A stretch of 64,000 nt of DNA from NCBI GenBank assembly GCA_963717135.1, contig CAVQVN010000009.1, positions 318,386 to 382,385 on the forward strand. Reading direction: 5' to 3'. The notes under the pieces were generated by a model that searched no databases, was not told the origin of the DNA, and worked only from the letters and a program-made list of their open reading frames with translations. This document shows, one piece after another, positions 19,183-27,782 of this stretch (within the stretch, counting starts at the first letter, position 1; every line of letters begins with the position of its first letter). Made by a program: the position numbers and the translations under genes. Origin of the DNA: an uncultured Actinomycetota bacterium. GTDB lineage: Bacteria; Actinomycetota; Acidimicrobiia; Spongiisociales; UBA4744.

Positions 19183-20111
19183 GCGCTGGGGGCGAGGGAG
19201 GGTCGGACCACCACCCCCACTTGTTCGGGGTCGCGGGCGCCGAGCACGCTCATCCAGGTGATCGCTCCCGCCAGCAAGACCATCCCGGCCCACTGGGATA
19301 ACGTCAGGACGGCGTCGAAGGCCAGGTAGTTGACCAAAGCAGCCGAGACGGGGAAGGCCAGCTCGGCCAAAGTGGCGGCCGAGGCAGGAGTGCGGGACAA
19401 TCCCCGGTAGTAGATGAGCATCGCTGCCAGGCCGGGAACCAGCGCCAGCAACACGATCGCCAGGAAGTCCTGGCCGTCGGACAACCCGACCGGCCCACCG
19501 GATTGCAGCAACCAGATGAGTCCGGCTACCGGCAGCCCGATCGCGAACCGCCAGGCGGTCAATTCGCGAAACTCCAGTCGGGCCGACAGTCGCCGGCCCA
19601 GTACGGTCCCCATTCCCCACAGCGCCGCCGCTCCCACCGCCAGCAAGGCCGGAGCCAGCTGCGAGACCGACGCCTGAAGCGGGTCGGGGAAGGCGACCAG
19701 GTAGGCGCCTCCCAATCCGGCCACCAGAAAGATCCAATAACGAGACAGTAGAGCCTCGCCCAACAACAACCGGGCGCCCAGTACCGCCACCAGCGGTTGC
19801 AGTTTCTGCAGCAACAGAGGCGTGTTGGGATCACCATACGAGAAGGCCATGGTGAACAGGATGGTCGCGGTCGCCGAGGCGCCCGCTCCGATCATCACCA
19901 GAGCCACCCAGTCGCCCAACCCGAGTCGCGCCACTTTGCCCCGCGACCGGATCAGCCAGGGAAACGTCACCAGCACCAGCACAATGTGCTCGAAGAACAC
20001 CACCGTGGCGGCCGGAAGCTCGAGTGCCAGACCGCGGCGGAAAAGCGCATCGGTCCCCCATAACGCGGCCGCCAGCGCCACCAAAGCAATCCCCGTCCTA
20101 TGCTGTGTCAT
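19179..20111 (-). CDS. DMT/EamA family transporter
   Basis: AAALWGTD, LLQKLQP, YYRGLSRTPASAATLAELAFP; about 10 TM segments. Confidence 0.9.
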   Translation of the reverse strand: MTQHRTGIALVALAAALWGTDALFRRGLALELPAATVVFFEHIVLVLVTFPWLIRSRGKVARLGLGDWVALVMIGAGASATATILFTMAFSYGDPNTPLLLQKLQPLVAVLGARLLLGEALLSRYWIFLVAGLGGAYLVAFPDPLQASVSQLAPALLAVGAAALWGMGTVLGRRLSARLEFRELTAWRFAIGLPVAGLIWLLQSGGPVGLSDGQDFLAIVLLALVPGLAAMLIYYRGLSRTPASAATLAELAFPVSAALVNYLAFDAVLTLSQWAGMVLLAGAITWMSVLGARDPEQVGVVVRPSLAPSA

Positions 20112-20190
20112 CGGACCCCGCCTGTACCTGAGAGCGCAAAGATAGCCTTTCAACAAGGTTCCGTAACCCACCACCGGTTGTCATGGGCGA

Positions 20191-20631
20191 TCAGCCGACC
20201 TCTTCCGCAAATACGATGATCCAATCTCCGTCGATCTGGGCGAACGCCATCCGGATCCTTCGGGTCCCAAGGGGCTCTTTCAACTCGATGAACATCTCCG
20301 CGGTGCCGTCGCTCAGTACCACCGGCGGGCTCTCTTCCCGTATCCCGAGCCGGACTCCGAAAGCACTAATTGTGTCGATCTCGTCTCGAATCAGCTGGTC
20401 GCGGGCAGCCCGGTAGGCCTCCTCGAGATACGAAAGCACCAGGTCGGCGTCGTAGGCGTTGAAGGCCTCCCAGTACGAGAACGCCAGCTCCCGCAGTCGC
20501 TCGGTGGTCGGATCGACGGAAGACGTGGAGGTCATGGAAGTGCCCGGACCTGTGGTTGTCACCACCGCCGGTTCCCCACAAGCCGCCAGCAGGACCATCG
20601 ACAGGGCAATGAGGCTGACGACTTTCGGGAT
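20191..20631 (-). CDS. Lipoprotein with NTF2/SnoaL-like domain; start codon uncertain
   Basis: Signal-like IPKVVSLIALSMVLLAAC; YWEAFNAYDAD..GDWIIV. Strong RBS AGGAAGGAG precedes ATC 20631. Confidence 0.65.
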   Translation of the reverse strand: MPKVVSLIALSMVLLAACGEPAVVTTTGPGTSMTSTSSVDPTTERLRELAFSYWEAFNAYDADLVLSYLEEAYRAARDQLIRDEIDTISAFGVRLGIREESPPVVLSDGTAEMFIELKEPLGTRRIRMAFAQIDGDWIIVFAEEVG

Positions 20632-20748
20632 CCCGGCTCCTTCCTGTTGATGGGAGCCTAGGCGGCGCTCAGTCACCAGGACGGTCCCCAACCGGCGTTT
20701 AGCTCCGCCCCTCCGATACGCTGCGCCAACCGTCGAAACGGAATACAC

Positions 20749-21822
20749 GTGGAACTTGGAATCACCAGCTTTGCCGAGACGATTCCCGAACCCGGTGGGG
20801 CGCAGGTCGGACCCGGTACGCGCCTTCGCCAGGTTCTCGAGGAGATCGAGATGGCCGAGTCGGTCGGCCTCGACGTCTACGGTTTGGGTGAGCATCATCG
20901 CCCCGACTTCGCCTCCTCGTCTCCGGCCACGGTCCTGGCCGCGGCGGCCGGGCGAACCAAGAGAATCCGGCTTTTCCCGGCGGTTTCCATACTCAGCACC
21001 GATGACCCGGTGCGCGTGTTCCAGCAGTACGCCACTCTCGACCTGGTTTCATCGGGGCGGGCCGAGCTGCTGGTGGGGCGAGGCTCGTTCATTGAGTCGT
21101 TCCCCCTATTTGGATACACCCTCGAGGACTACGACGAGCTCTTCGCCGAGAAACTCGACCTGCTTCTCCAGATCCGAGACAACGAACGGGTGACCTGGTC
21201 GGGCCGATTCCGGTCGCCCCTCAATAACCAGGGTATCTACCCGAGACCCGAACGGCCGCTTCCCATCCGGGTGGGGGTAGGCGGAACTCCCCAATCGATC
21301 ATCCGGGCCGCCAAGCGCGGTCTTCCGGTGGCTCTGGCCATCATCGGGGGAAGCCCGGACCGCTTCAAAGTGCTGGCCGACTTGCATCGGCGCACGCTCA
21401 CCGAGTCGGGTTTCGACCCGACCGTCATACCGCTGTCTGTGCACGCCCACGGCTACATTGCGACCACCACCGATCAAGCCTCCGACGAGTTTTACGACTC
21501 GTATGCGGTGGCGATGAGCCGCATCGGCCGTGAACGAGGTTGGGGCCCCATGACCCGCGACCAGTACGACCTGATGCGATCCGCGGAGGGATCCCTGGTT
21601 CTGGGCGACCCCGAAACCGTGGCCAGCAAAATTCTCAGGTGGAGAGAAATCCTCGGCATCACCCGGTTCGAGCTTCACATCAGTGTCGGGACTATGCCCC
21701 ACTCTCAGGTGCTCCGCAGCATCGAGCTGCTGGGGACTCAGGTAGCGCCGCTGGTACGCGGCCGGCAGTCGTCACCGAGCGGACAGATTCCCGAGAATCC
21801 GTTAGGTTCGGCGGGTCCCTAG
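20749..21822 (+). CDS. LLM class flavin-dependent oxidoreductase
   Basis: GLGEHHRPDF, STDDPVRVFQQYATLD, GRGSFIESFPLFG. Confidence 0.93.
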   Translation: MELGITSFAETIPEPGGAQVGPGTRLRQVLEEIEMAESVGLDVYGLGEHHRPDFASSSPATVLAAAAGRTKRIRLFPAVSILSTDDPVRVFQQYATLDLVSSGRAELLVGRGSFIESFPLFGYTLEDYDELFAEKLDLLLQIRDNERVTWSGRFRSPLNNQGIYPRPERPLPIRVGVGGTPQSIIRAAKRGLPVALAIIGGSPDRFKVLADLHRRTLTESGFDPTVIPLSVHAHGYIATTTDQASDEFYDSYAVAMSRIGRERGWGPMTRDQYDLMRSAEGSLVLGDPETVASKILRWREILGITRFELHISVGTMPHSQVLRSIELLGTQVAPLVRGRQSSPSGQIPENPLGSAGP

Positions 21823-21833
21823 AGAAGGAAACT

Positions 21834-22121
21834 ATGACGGATTCTTGTACCCACCTGGTTGACCCGGAGCCCGTCCCTCCCATCGGCGCTGGGTGCCAAG
21901 AATGCCTGGAGATGGGCAGCACCTGGGTTCATCTGCGAGCCTGTGTCGAATGCGGCCAGGTGGGGTGTTGCGACCAATCGCCCAACCGGCATGCCACCGC
22001 ACATTTCCACGACACGAATCATCCCGTGATTCGGAGCTTCGAGCCGGGTGAGGCGTGGTGGTACTGCTATGTCGACGACGCCTTCGACGAACTGGAAGGT
22101 TTCGAGGCACTGCGTCCCTGA
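21834..22121 (+). CDS. UBP-type zinc finger protein
   Basis: RBS AAGGA; CTH..GCQECL..WVHLRACVECGQVGCCDQSPNRHATAH..WWYCYVD. Confidence 0.92.
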   Translation: MTDSCTHLVDPEPVPPIGAGCQECLEMGSTWVHLRACVECGQVGCCDQSPNRHATAHFHDTNHPVIRSFEPGEAWWYCYVDDAFDELEGFEALRP

Positions 22122-22144
22122 CCTCCCCAGGCGTCCGGGGCGAG

Positions 22145-23353
22145 TCACAGCTGCCTGCGTCGCGACGCACGATGCAGGGTTGAATCCAAAGGATGGGAGG
22201 CGCTTCTCCCACCGTCGGCGCTCAGCGGCTTCATGGCCGTTATCTCGATCACGTCGACCGCCCGATCGAAGTAGAGCGCCCCGGCCGCCGCCAGTTCGCT
22301 CTCCGCGGCGCGCCGGGTCGATTGCGGGCTGTCGCCGAACAGGTGGTACCGAACCGATTCCCGGGGCTGGTCCGACGGTTGCCAAACCCCGATGATGCGA
22401 CCACCCTGCACCAGCGTGGCCGTGGCGTTGCCGCCCCCGTCGTAAACGCAGTCGTGCAGAGCCGGCTCGAGGAATCGGACTCGATCCTTGTATCCCTGCA
22501 CGTATGGATCGAGCAGAGGGAGGGCGTGAACCTCCGACCCCGGCCGGTCGACCGTCTTCTCTCCGGCGACCCGGAACAGCGGTCCCGGCCAACCGTCCAC
22601 CGCTACCTCTTCGATGTCAAGAGCCTCCAGGGCTTCCCGGCACTGCTGTTTGGTGAAGCCGGTCCACCAGGACATGTCGTTGATGGTCACCGGACCGTAC
22701 GACCGGATATACCGGAGGATCAACTCGCGGATGGCCGGGTCTTCGTCCCAGCGGTGAAGATCGACGTCGGGTAGTACGTCTACCCAACGGTGGTATCGAC
22801 GGATGTTGGATCGCCAACTGCCGGGAGGACCGCCACCCACCAGGCGCCCCATATCGCGCATCCGGCCGACCACTCCCGGCAGATCGATCTCGGCCGGAAC
22901 CTCCAGCGTTTGGCGCAGTTCGCGTACGGTCATCGGTCTCTCCCCCAACGCAGCCTCCACCCGGGCAGTCAACTGCTGGAAGTCACCTGAGGAAAGATCC
23001 GAGTCGCGCCACCACCGCGCCGCCAGCTGCTCCCCGAGTGGCCGGGTGGCCGCCGCGACGATCCCCAGCAATTCGCGGGGGAACACGAACATGGTCAACC
23101 GCATGGCCCGCAGCCGAACCAACTGCCAGGAGCCCCACATCAGCTCGTCGAGATCGGTTCGCCGAAATCCAGGGAGCCGGGTCCGCAGCGAAAGATAGGG
23201 ACTGACCTGACTGGTGCTGTGCAGGCCGATCAACTGCGAGGCGATCTCCTCAATTGACGAGCCGGGTGCCGCCAGCGAATGGTGAGAAGTGGCCCCAAGT
23301 AAGGCTTGATCGGCAGTCAGGCTGACCGAGTCCGAACGGGTTAGGGAAGTCAC
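22145..23353 (-). CDS. AlkZ/HTH_42-family winged-helix DNA glycosylase
   Basis: GLHSTSQVSPYLSLRTR, RAMRLTMF, YIRSYGPVT..WWTG, LPLLDPYVQGY, GRIIGVW. Confidence 0.85.
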   Translation of the reverse strand: MTSLTRSDSVSLTADQALLGATSHHSLAAPGSSIEEIASQLIGLHSTSQVSPYLSLRTRLPGFRRTDLDELMWGSWQLVRLRAMRLTMFVFPRELLGIVAAATRPLGEQLAARWWRDSDLSSGDFQQLTARVEAALGERPMTVRELRQTLEVPAEIDLPGVVGRMRDMGRLVGGGPPGSWRSNIRRYHRWVDVLPDVDLHRWDEDPAIRELILRYIRSYGPVTINDMSWWTGFTKQQCREALEALDIEEVAVDGWPGPLFRVAGEKTVDRPGSEVHALPLLDPYVQGYKDRVRFLEPALHDCVYDGGGNATATLVQGGRIIGVWQPSDQPRESVRYHLFGDSPQSTRRAAESELAAAGALYFDRAVDVIEITAMKPLSADGGRSASHPLDSTLHRASRRRQL

Positions 23354-23494
23354 ATCCCGGCTCCGGTATCGGGGGGGTTTCAGGGTACCGGATGGTTCGA
23401 CCCGGTGACCAGCCCTGCGTCGGCAGACTGCCCGCCAACCACCGTCCCGACCGACGGTCGGATCGGCGTAGTCTCGGAAAAGCGAGGAGGAAAA

Positions 23495-24034
23495 ATGAGA
23501 CGCTTGGCGATGGTCGCAATCTGCGTGATCCCGTTGGCAGGTTGCTCGGTTGATGTTTCGGTGTCATTCGGAGGAGCGGACGCGGCCGCGGCCGCGGTTG
23601 ATCTCATTGAAGGGGACCTGGCCGATCAGGCGGGAATTGGACCGCTCGAAGCGCAGTGTGAGGAAATCGACGACCCGCAACCGGGCGACTCCTTCACCTG
23701 CACGGCTACCACCGAGAGCGGTGAGACCATCCGCTTTGATGCAATCATGGAAGAGGACGACATAGTCGACGTCGAGAGCGTCAACCTGGTCACCGTTGAT
23801 GGACTGGACACGATTGAGGCACTCGCCGTGCAGGTTCTCGAGGAGAACGTCGGGGCCACGTTGGGTCGCGAGAACTTCGATTGTGGCGATCGGGGTCTGG
23901 TGGTGGAGCCGGGCGGAACCATCATGTGCGTCCTTACCGACCCCGGCAGCGGGACCCTCTACGACGCCACCGTCACCGTGGAGGTTCTCGACCCGATCGA
24001 GATCTTCGTGGAAGTCGGAGACGCTCCCCGCTAG
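23495..24034 (+). CDS. DUF4333-like lipoprotein with two Cys-pair repeats
   Basis: RBS GAGGAGG; lipobox LAGC; C..PGDSFTCTAT and C..PGGTIMCVLT. Confidence 0.8.
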   Translation: MRRLAMVAICVIPLAGCSVDVSVSFGGADAAAAAVDLIEGDLADQAGIGPLEAQCEEIDDPQPGDSFTCTATTESGETIRFDAIMEEDDIVDVESVNLVTVDGLDTIEALAVQVLEENVGATLGRENFDCGDRGLVVEPGGTIMCVLTDPGSGTLYDATVTVEVLDPIEIFVEVGDAPR

Positions 24035-24068
24035 GCGTTCGGCTCCGTCTACGCCAACGAATTCCTTG

Positions 24069-24269
24069 CTAATACCGGCTCTTCAGCGTCCTTGGGTCGT
24101 CGACTATCACGGCGATGATCGGAGAGCCCGGATCGCCGATGTTGAGCGCCTCGGTCAGGTGAGCTTCAACCTCGGCCTTCGAGAGGACCGGTTGCGGAAG
24201 CAGGTCGTCCGTGAGTTTCACCAAGATACGGGCCCGGTATTCCTTGCTGGGCTTGCGTGCGTCTACCAA
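24069..24269 (-). CDS. Small hypothetical protein (66 aa)
   Basis: RBS GAAAGGAG 5 nt before TTG; protein-like composition. Confidence 0.6.
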   Translation of the reverse strand: MVDARKPSKEYRARILVKLTDDLLPQPVLSKAEVEAHLTEALNIGDPGSPIIAVIVDDPRTLKSRY

Positions 24270-24383
24270 GTCGGCTCCTTTCGTCCTAGGTTGTCGACGC
24301 TACCCGGATTCTGTTCCACCGTGCGTTGTGGTGCCCGCTGGGTCCAAAACAGTGCCCCGACCATCTTGTTACCTCGAAAATCG

Positions 24384-24410
24384 GGAACCTGTTTCCCTGC
24401 CCTTGCGTCA
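24384..24410 (+). promoter_or_regulatory. ECF sigma-type promoter
   Basis: GGAAC-N17-CGTCA, resembling actinobacterial SigM-like consensus, 50 nt upstream of a lipoprotein gene. Confidence 0.5.
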
Positions 24411-24459
24411 TACCAGCGATTGAAGAATCAAGAACTCCCCTCAATGGAAGGCCTCTGAT

Positions 24460-25008
24460 ATGAACCAAACACCGCTCCCGGTCCGGGCGGCTGCGTTGCT
24501 CACCGTTTTGATGCTGCTCCTGGCTGCTTGTGGAGGCGGGGCCACAACCGATGAGCCCGGGTCCCTCCCCCCCAACGACAACCCGGGAAACACACCGGCC
24601 GCCGGCGGAACTTGTTTGGAAGGCGAACCCGACTGCAACGACACCCCGGTCGGGGGCGGTGCATTACCCCTCCCCAACGAAGACGAACCATCGGATTCCG
24701 TGACCGGAGGAATGCCGGCCGACGGAGGACTGACCGTCTCCGACGCTCTAGCATCTGACGCCACGGGCGTCATCGCGGTGCGGGGTTTCCTGGTCGCCGA
24801 CCAAAGCGGCGCCCGGTTGTGTGAGGTTCTGGCCGAGTCGTACCCGCCGCAGTGCGGTGGAGCAAGCCTTCCGGTGTCCGGATATGAGGAGGTCCTCGAC
24901 GTTCCCACCAGTACCGCTCAGGGCGTGACGTGGACCGACCAACCGATCTCGCTGCTGGGGGAAATCATCAACGGAACATTCGTCGTCGATCCGACGGTGG
25001 CCGGCTAG
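24460..25008 (+). CDS. Hypothetical lipoprotein
   Basis: Lipobox LLAAC; CLEGEPDCND; LCEVLAESYPPQCGG. Confidence 0.82.
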   Translation: MNQTPLPVRAAALLTVLMLLLAACGGGATTDEPGSLPPNDNPGNTPAAGGTCLEGEPDCNDTPVGGGALPLPNEDEPSDSVTGGMPADGGLTVSDALASDATGVIAVRGFLVADQSGARLCEVLAESYPPQCGGASLPVSGYEEVLDVPTSTAQGVTWTDQPISLLGEIINGTFVVDPTVAG

Positions 25009-25096
25009 CCAAACGCTACCGCGCGTCCGCAGGGCCACTTGCCGATCATGGGTGCGTAGGCTCGGTATCCAGACGTTTGAAGGGATGGTTGAACTC

Positions 25097-25447
25097 ATGG
25101 CAGAAGAGATTGAAGTAGGGCCCGCAGCCGAGCTGACCCCGGGAACCGTCAAGGGCGCCGGCCGGTATGCGGTGGGCAACGCCGACGGCGACCTATTTGC
25201 GGTAACCAGGCACTGCCGGCACCTCTACGCCGACCTGGCCGACGGAAGCATCGACGAGGCCGGGTGCCTGGTATGCCCCTGGCACGGCTCGAAATACGAC
25301 GTGCATACCGGTCGGATGGTGCTCGGCCCTCAAGGCATCTTCGCCAAGATCCCGGGACTCGGCACTGCTTTCAAGGCCCTCACCCTGGTGCTCCCCCTCG
25401 GCCGAGGAAAGGTCGTCGACCGTGAGAGCACCGTGTTCGTTGAGTAG
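25097..25447 (+). CDS. Rieske (2Fe-2S) ferredoxin
   Basis: CRH and CPWHG ligand boxes. Start 25085 or 25097. Confidence 0.9.
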   Translation: MAEEIEVGPAAELTPGTVKGAGRYAVGNADGDLFAVTRHCRHLYADLADGSIDEAGCLVCPWHGSKYDVHTGRMVLGPQGIFAKIPGLGTAFKALTLVLPLGRGKVVDRESTVFVE

Positions 25448-25578
25448 GCCCTGAACCCGGCCACGCCGTTTGAGACCGTCGGCCGAGGATTCCAGTCTGG
25501 TTGGCGGAGACCGCGCGAACCATTCCGCCGCTGTGCGGACGGTTCGAATCTGCACAGGACTGCGACGCTCGTCGCAGC

Positions 25579-26061
25579 TCAGTGGTGTTGGAGCTCTCGG
25601 CTTTCCTTCTCCTCGACCACCCGGTCGACCATTGCTTCGTCGGCCCGGCGCCCTGCGAAGATGTACGTCAGGGTGTGGATGACGAGCCCCGCTCCCCACG
25701 GGATCGTCGCCCAGTAGGCGTATTCCAGCCCACCACCCTGGACGATGTCCTGGGTCCACAGGAAGGCGTTGACCACCACGAAGATGCCCATATGCCACAT
25801 CAGCCCTGCGAACTCAGACTTCGGCCGGTAGACCTTTGGGCGGCGCCGGTCTCGGACCGCCATCGCCAGGGTGATCAGTAGCAGCACCAGGCCGCCGGCC
25901 AGCAGGCCGTAACCCCATTCTGCGGCAATCTCCCCGACTTCCCAGGTGAGATCGCCCCCCAATCCCAGGGACTGACCCTCACCCCCGAACATAATGAATA
26001 GGCCCAGGAAGGTGGCGATGCCGCCGACGATCCCGAATACCCATTCGGTGACCCTCGTCAT
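25579..26061 (-). CDS. Membrane protein with C-terminal 2TM domain
   Basis: RBS AAGGAGG; WHMGIFVVVNAFLW..WATIPWGAGLVIH. Confidence 0.8.
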   Translation of the reverse strand: MTRVTEWVFGIVGGIATFLGLFIMFGGEGQSLGLGGDLTWEVGEIAAEWGYGLLAGGLVLLLITLAMAVRDRRRPKVYRPKSEFAGLMWHMGIFVVVNAFLWTQDIVQGGGLEYAYWATIPWGAGLVIHTLTYIFAGRRADEAMVDRVVEEKESRELQHH

Positions 26062-26223
26062 CCGGTACCTCCTTGTCCGGAGTCTCTCCATCAGTAGACG
26101 CCTTTCGACCGAAGAGGTATAGGGTCGAAAGTCACCACTGAAGCAAGGTGGACGGAAGATCAATCCGGACGCCATCCAACCTGGGACTGGGGGTGGTGAT
26201 CTTGCCCCGATCAAGAAAGCACG

Positions 26224-26248
26224 AACCCCCGGTGGTGAGCCGGGGGTT
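26224..26248 (-). terminator. Intrinsic terminator-like hairpin
   Basis: 9-bp stem AACCCCCGG/CCGGGGGTT with 7-nt loop, followed on the minus strand by CGTGCTTTCTT. Confidence 0.65.
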
Positions 26249-26289
26249 GCTCGGAGTTTGTCGGCAGTTTTGGGTCGTGCCGAGGACGG

Positions 26290-26343
26290 TCATCGGCAGC
26301 CGTCAGAGCAGTGGGCGACACGTGGAATCGTGAATCGCTTCAT
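26290..26343 (-). CDS. Putative 17-aa leader peptide MKRFTIPRVAHCSDGCR
   Basis: RBS GAAAGGAG upstream of ATG; followed by the terminator hairpin. Confidence 0.5.
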   Translation of the reverse strand: MKRFTIPRVAHCSDGCR

Positions 26344-26372
26344 TCTCACTCTCCTTTCCGATCAAGAACTGG

Positions 26373-26798
26373 TCAGGACGGCCGACCAGTGGAGTCGGAC
26401 TTGGGAATCTCGCCTATAACCCTTCTCGCCTTATCTTCGAGCCTTTGTCTGGCCCGACCGACATCGTCGAGGGCCTCTCGGAGTTCTTCCAACTCTCCCG
26501 ACCGCACTTTGATGCCTTCCCGGATGAACAAAGCGGCGGCCTCCGACCGACTCTTGACCGCGCCGGTTTCGACCCAGTCGTCTAGGGCCTTCTTGGTGTC
26601 CTCATCGATGCGGACCATGACGACCTGATCGCGGGGCATGCGTCCCATTTCGGCGACCGTGGTTTTCATGTCCCCGGCCAGGCACATCACCGTGCAGTCG
26701 GCGAGATCGCCCTCTCCTCCCATGCCGATACGGAAGTCGATCCCGTGTTCGCCCAGGACTTTGCCGACCTTGCTCCAAACCTCATTCATGTCACTCAT
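26373..26798 (-). CDS. Ribbon-helix-helix (CopG/Arc-like) protein with coiled-coil tail
   Basis: VVMVRIDEDTKKALDDWVETGAVKSRSEAAALFIREG. Confidence 0.78.
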   Translation of the reverse strand: MSDMNEVWSKVGKVLGEHGIDFRIGMGGEGDLADCTVMCLAGDMKTTVAEMGRMPRDQVVMVRIDEDTKKALDDWVETGAVKSRSEAAALFIREGIKVRSGELEELREALDDVGRARQRLEDKARRVIGEIPKSDSTGRPS

Positions 26799-26807
26799 AT
26801 CGGTAGT

Positions 26808-26850
26808 GTAATGCAATTACGACTTACAGAACAACCCGTAAGGTCGCAAT
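26808..26850. promoter_or_regulatory. Probable autoregulatory operator of the RHH gene
   Basis: GTAAT-gca-ATTAC palindrome (26808-26820) and imperfect inverted repeat ATTACGACTTAC/GTAAGGTCGCAAT. Confidence 0.5.
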
Positions 26851-26876
26851 ACCCGCGATTTCTCGTCAAAGGGGGG

Positions 26877-27566
26877 TCAGCAGACCCCGCCGTCGAGATC
26901 ACAGACCAGTCCGGGCGCCAGAGTGGGGTGCTGCTCGACAATCCATTCCCGGATCGCCGGGATGAGGGTTTCAGCGGAGACGTACCCGGGGCTGGCGGCG
27001 ACCATCCGGTCGCCCTCGTTGAGCAGCAGGCTCGGAAAACCGGTGACTCCCAGCCGGCGCGCCTCGGCGAAGTCCTGCCAGGTTTTCTCCTTCATCTCCG
27101 GCGAGATCAGCTGCTCCATGAACCGGTCACCATCGATCTCGAACCCGTCCAACAATCCGGAGTAAGCGCCGGGATCGGTGACGTCGACACCTTCGGCGTA
27201 GAAGGCACGTTGCAGCCTGGTGAAGAATGGCAACGTTTGGTCCGGATCGAGTTCACGCATCGTTACGACCGCAGTGTCGGGGAGTTCGGTGTCGTAGATC
27301 CAGCCATCGTTCCGCTGGAGGAAGGTGTAGTCGAAGGGCTGGCCGCTTCGTTCGGCGACCTGTTCCCAGTGATGAGCAAGTATCTCCCGCATCTGATCGT
27401 TGAGCGGTTCGGCCGACGGACCAGGCCGTAGACCGCCGGCCACGACCCGGATGGGGATCGTGAAGTTGGCCCGCAGTTCGTCGAGCACCGGCGCGAACCC
27501 CCAACACCACGAGCACATCGGGTCGCCCACGTAGATGAATTCGAGCGGTTGTTCGGTCGTATTCAT
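26877..27566 (-). CDS. DsbA family protein (DPMCSWCWG type)
   Basis: YVGDPMCSWCWGF, GVTGFPSL. Confidence 0.9.
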   Translation of the reverse strand: MNTTEQPLEFIYVGDPMCSWCWGFAPVLDELRANFTIPIRVVAGGLRPGPSAEPLNDQMREILAHHWEQVAERSGQPFDYTFLQRNDGWIYDTELPDTAVVTMRELDPDQTLPFFTRLQRAFYAEGVDVTDPGAYSGLLDGFEIDGDRFMEQLISPEMKEKTWQDFAEARRLGVTGFPSLLLNEGDRMVAASPGYVSAETLIPAIREWIVEQHPTLAPGLVCDLDGGVC

Positions 27567-27782
27567 TGACAGCCATCGTACGGACACCCGAACGTTGTGC
27601 GGCTTGAAGGTCGGAAAACCGACGGGTCAAGGTCCCGGAATACCCCGAACCCATCTACCGGTCTAGTGCCCCGCGAACGATGCCAACCCGGGGTACCGAC
27701 GCTTGGCAGTCTATGCCTCAGGGGGCCGGATGCCCCTACCAGCGCCTGGGAAGAATCGGTACCTTTTCCACAGGAGGTGAGG

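Noticed and set aside
27690-27765. GGTACCGA/TCGGTACC inverted repeat upstream of the receptor cyclase as a riboswitch
   Set aside because: No match to any family I recognise; one 8-bp stem in GC-rich DNA is insufficient.
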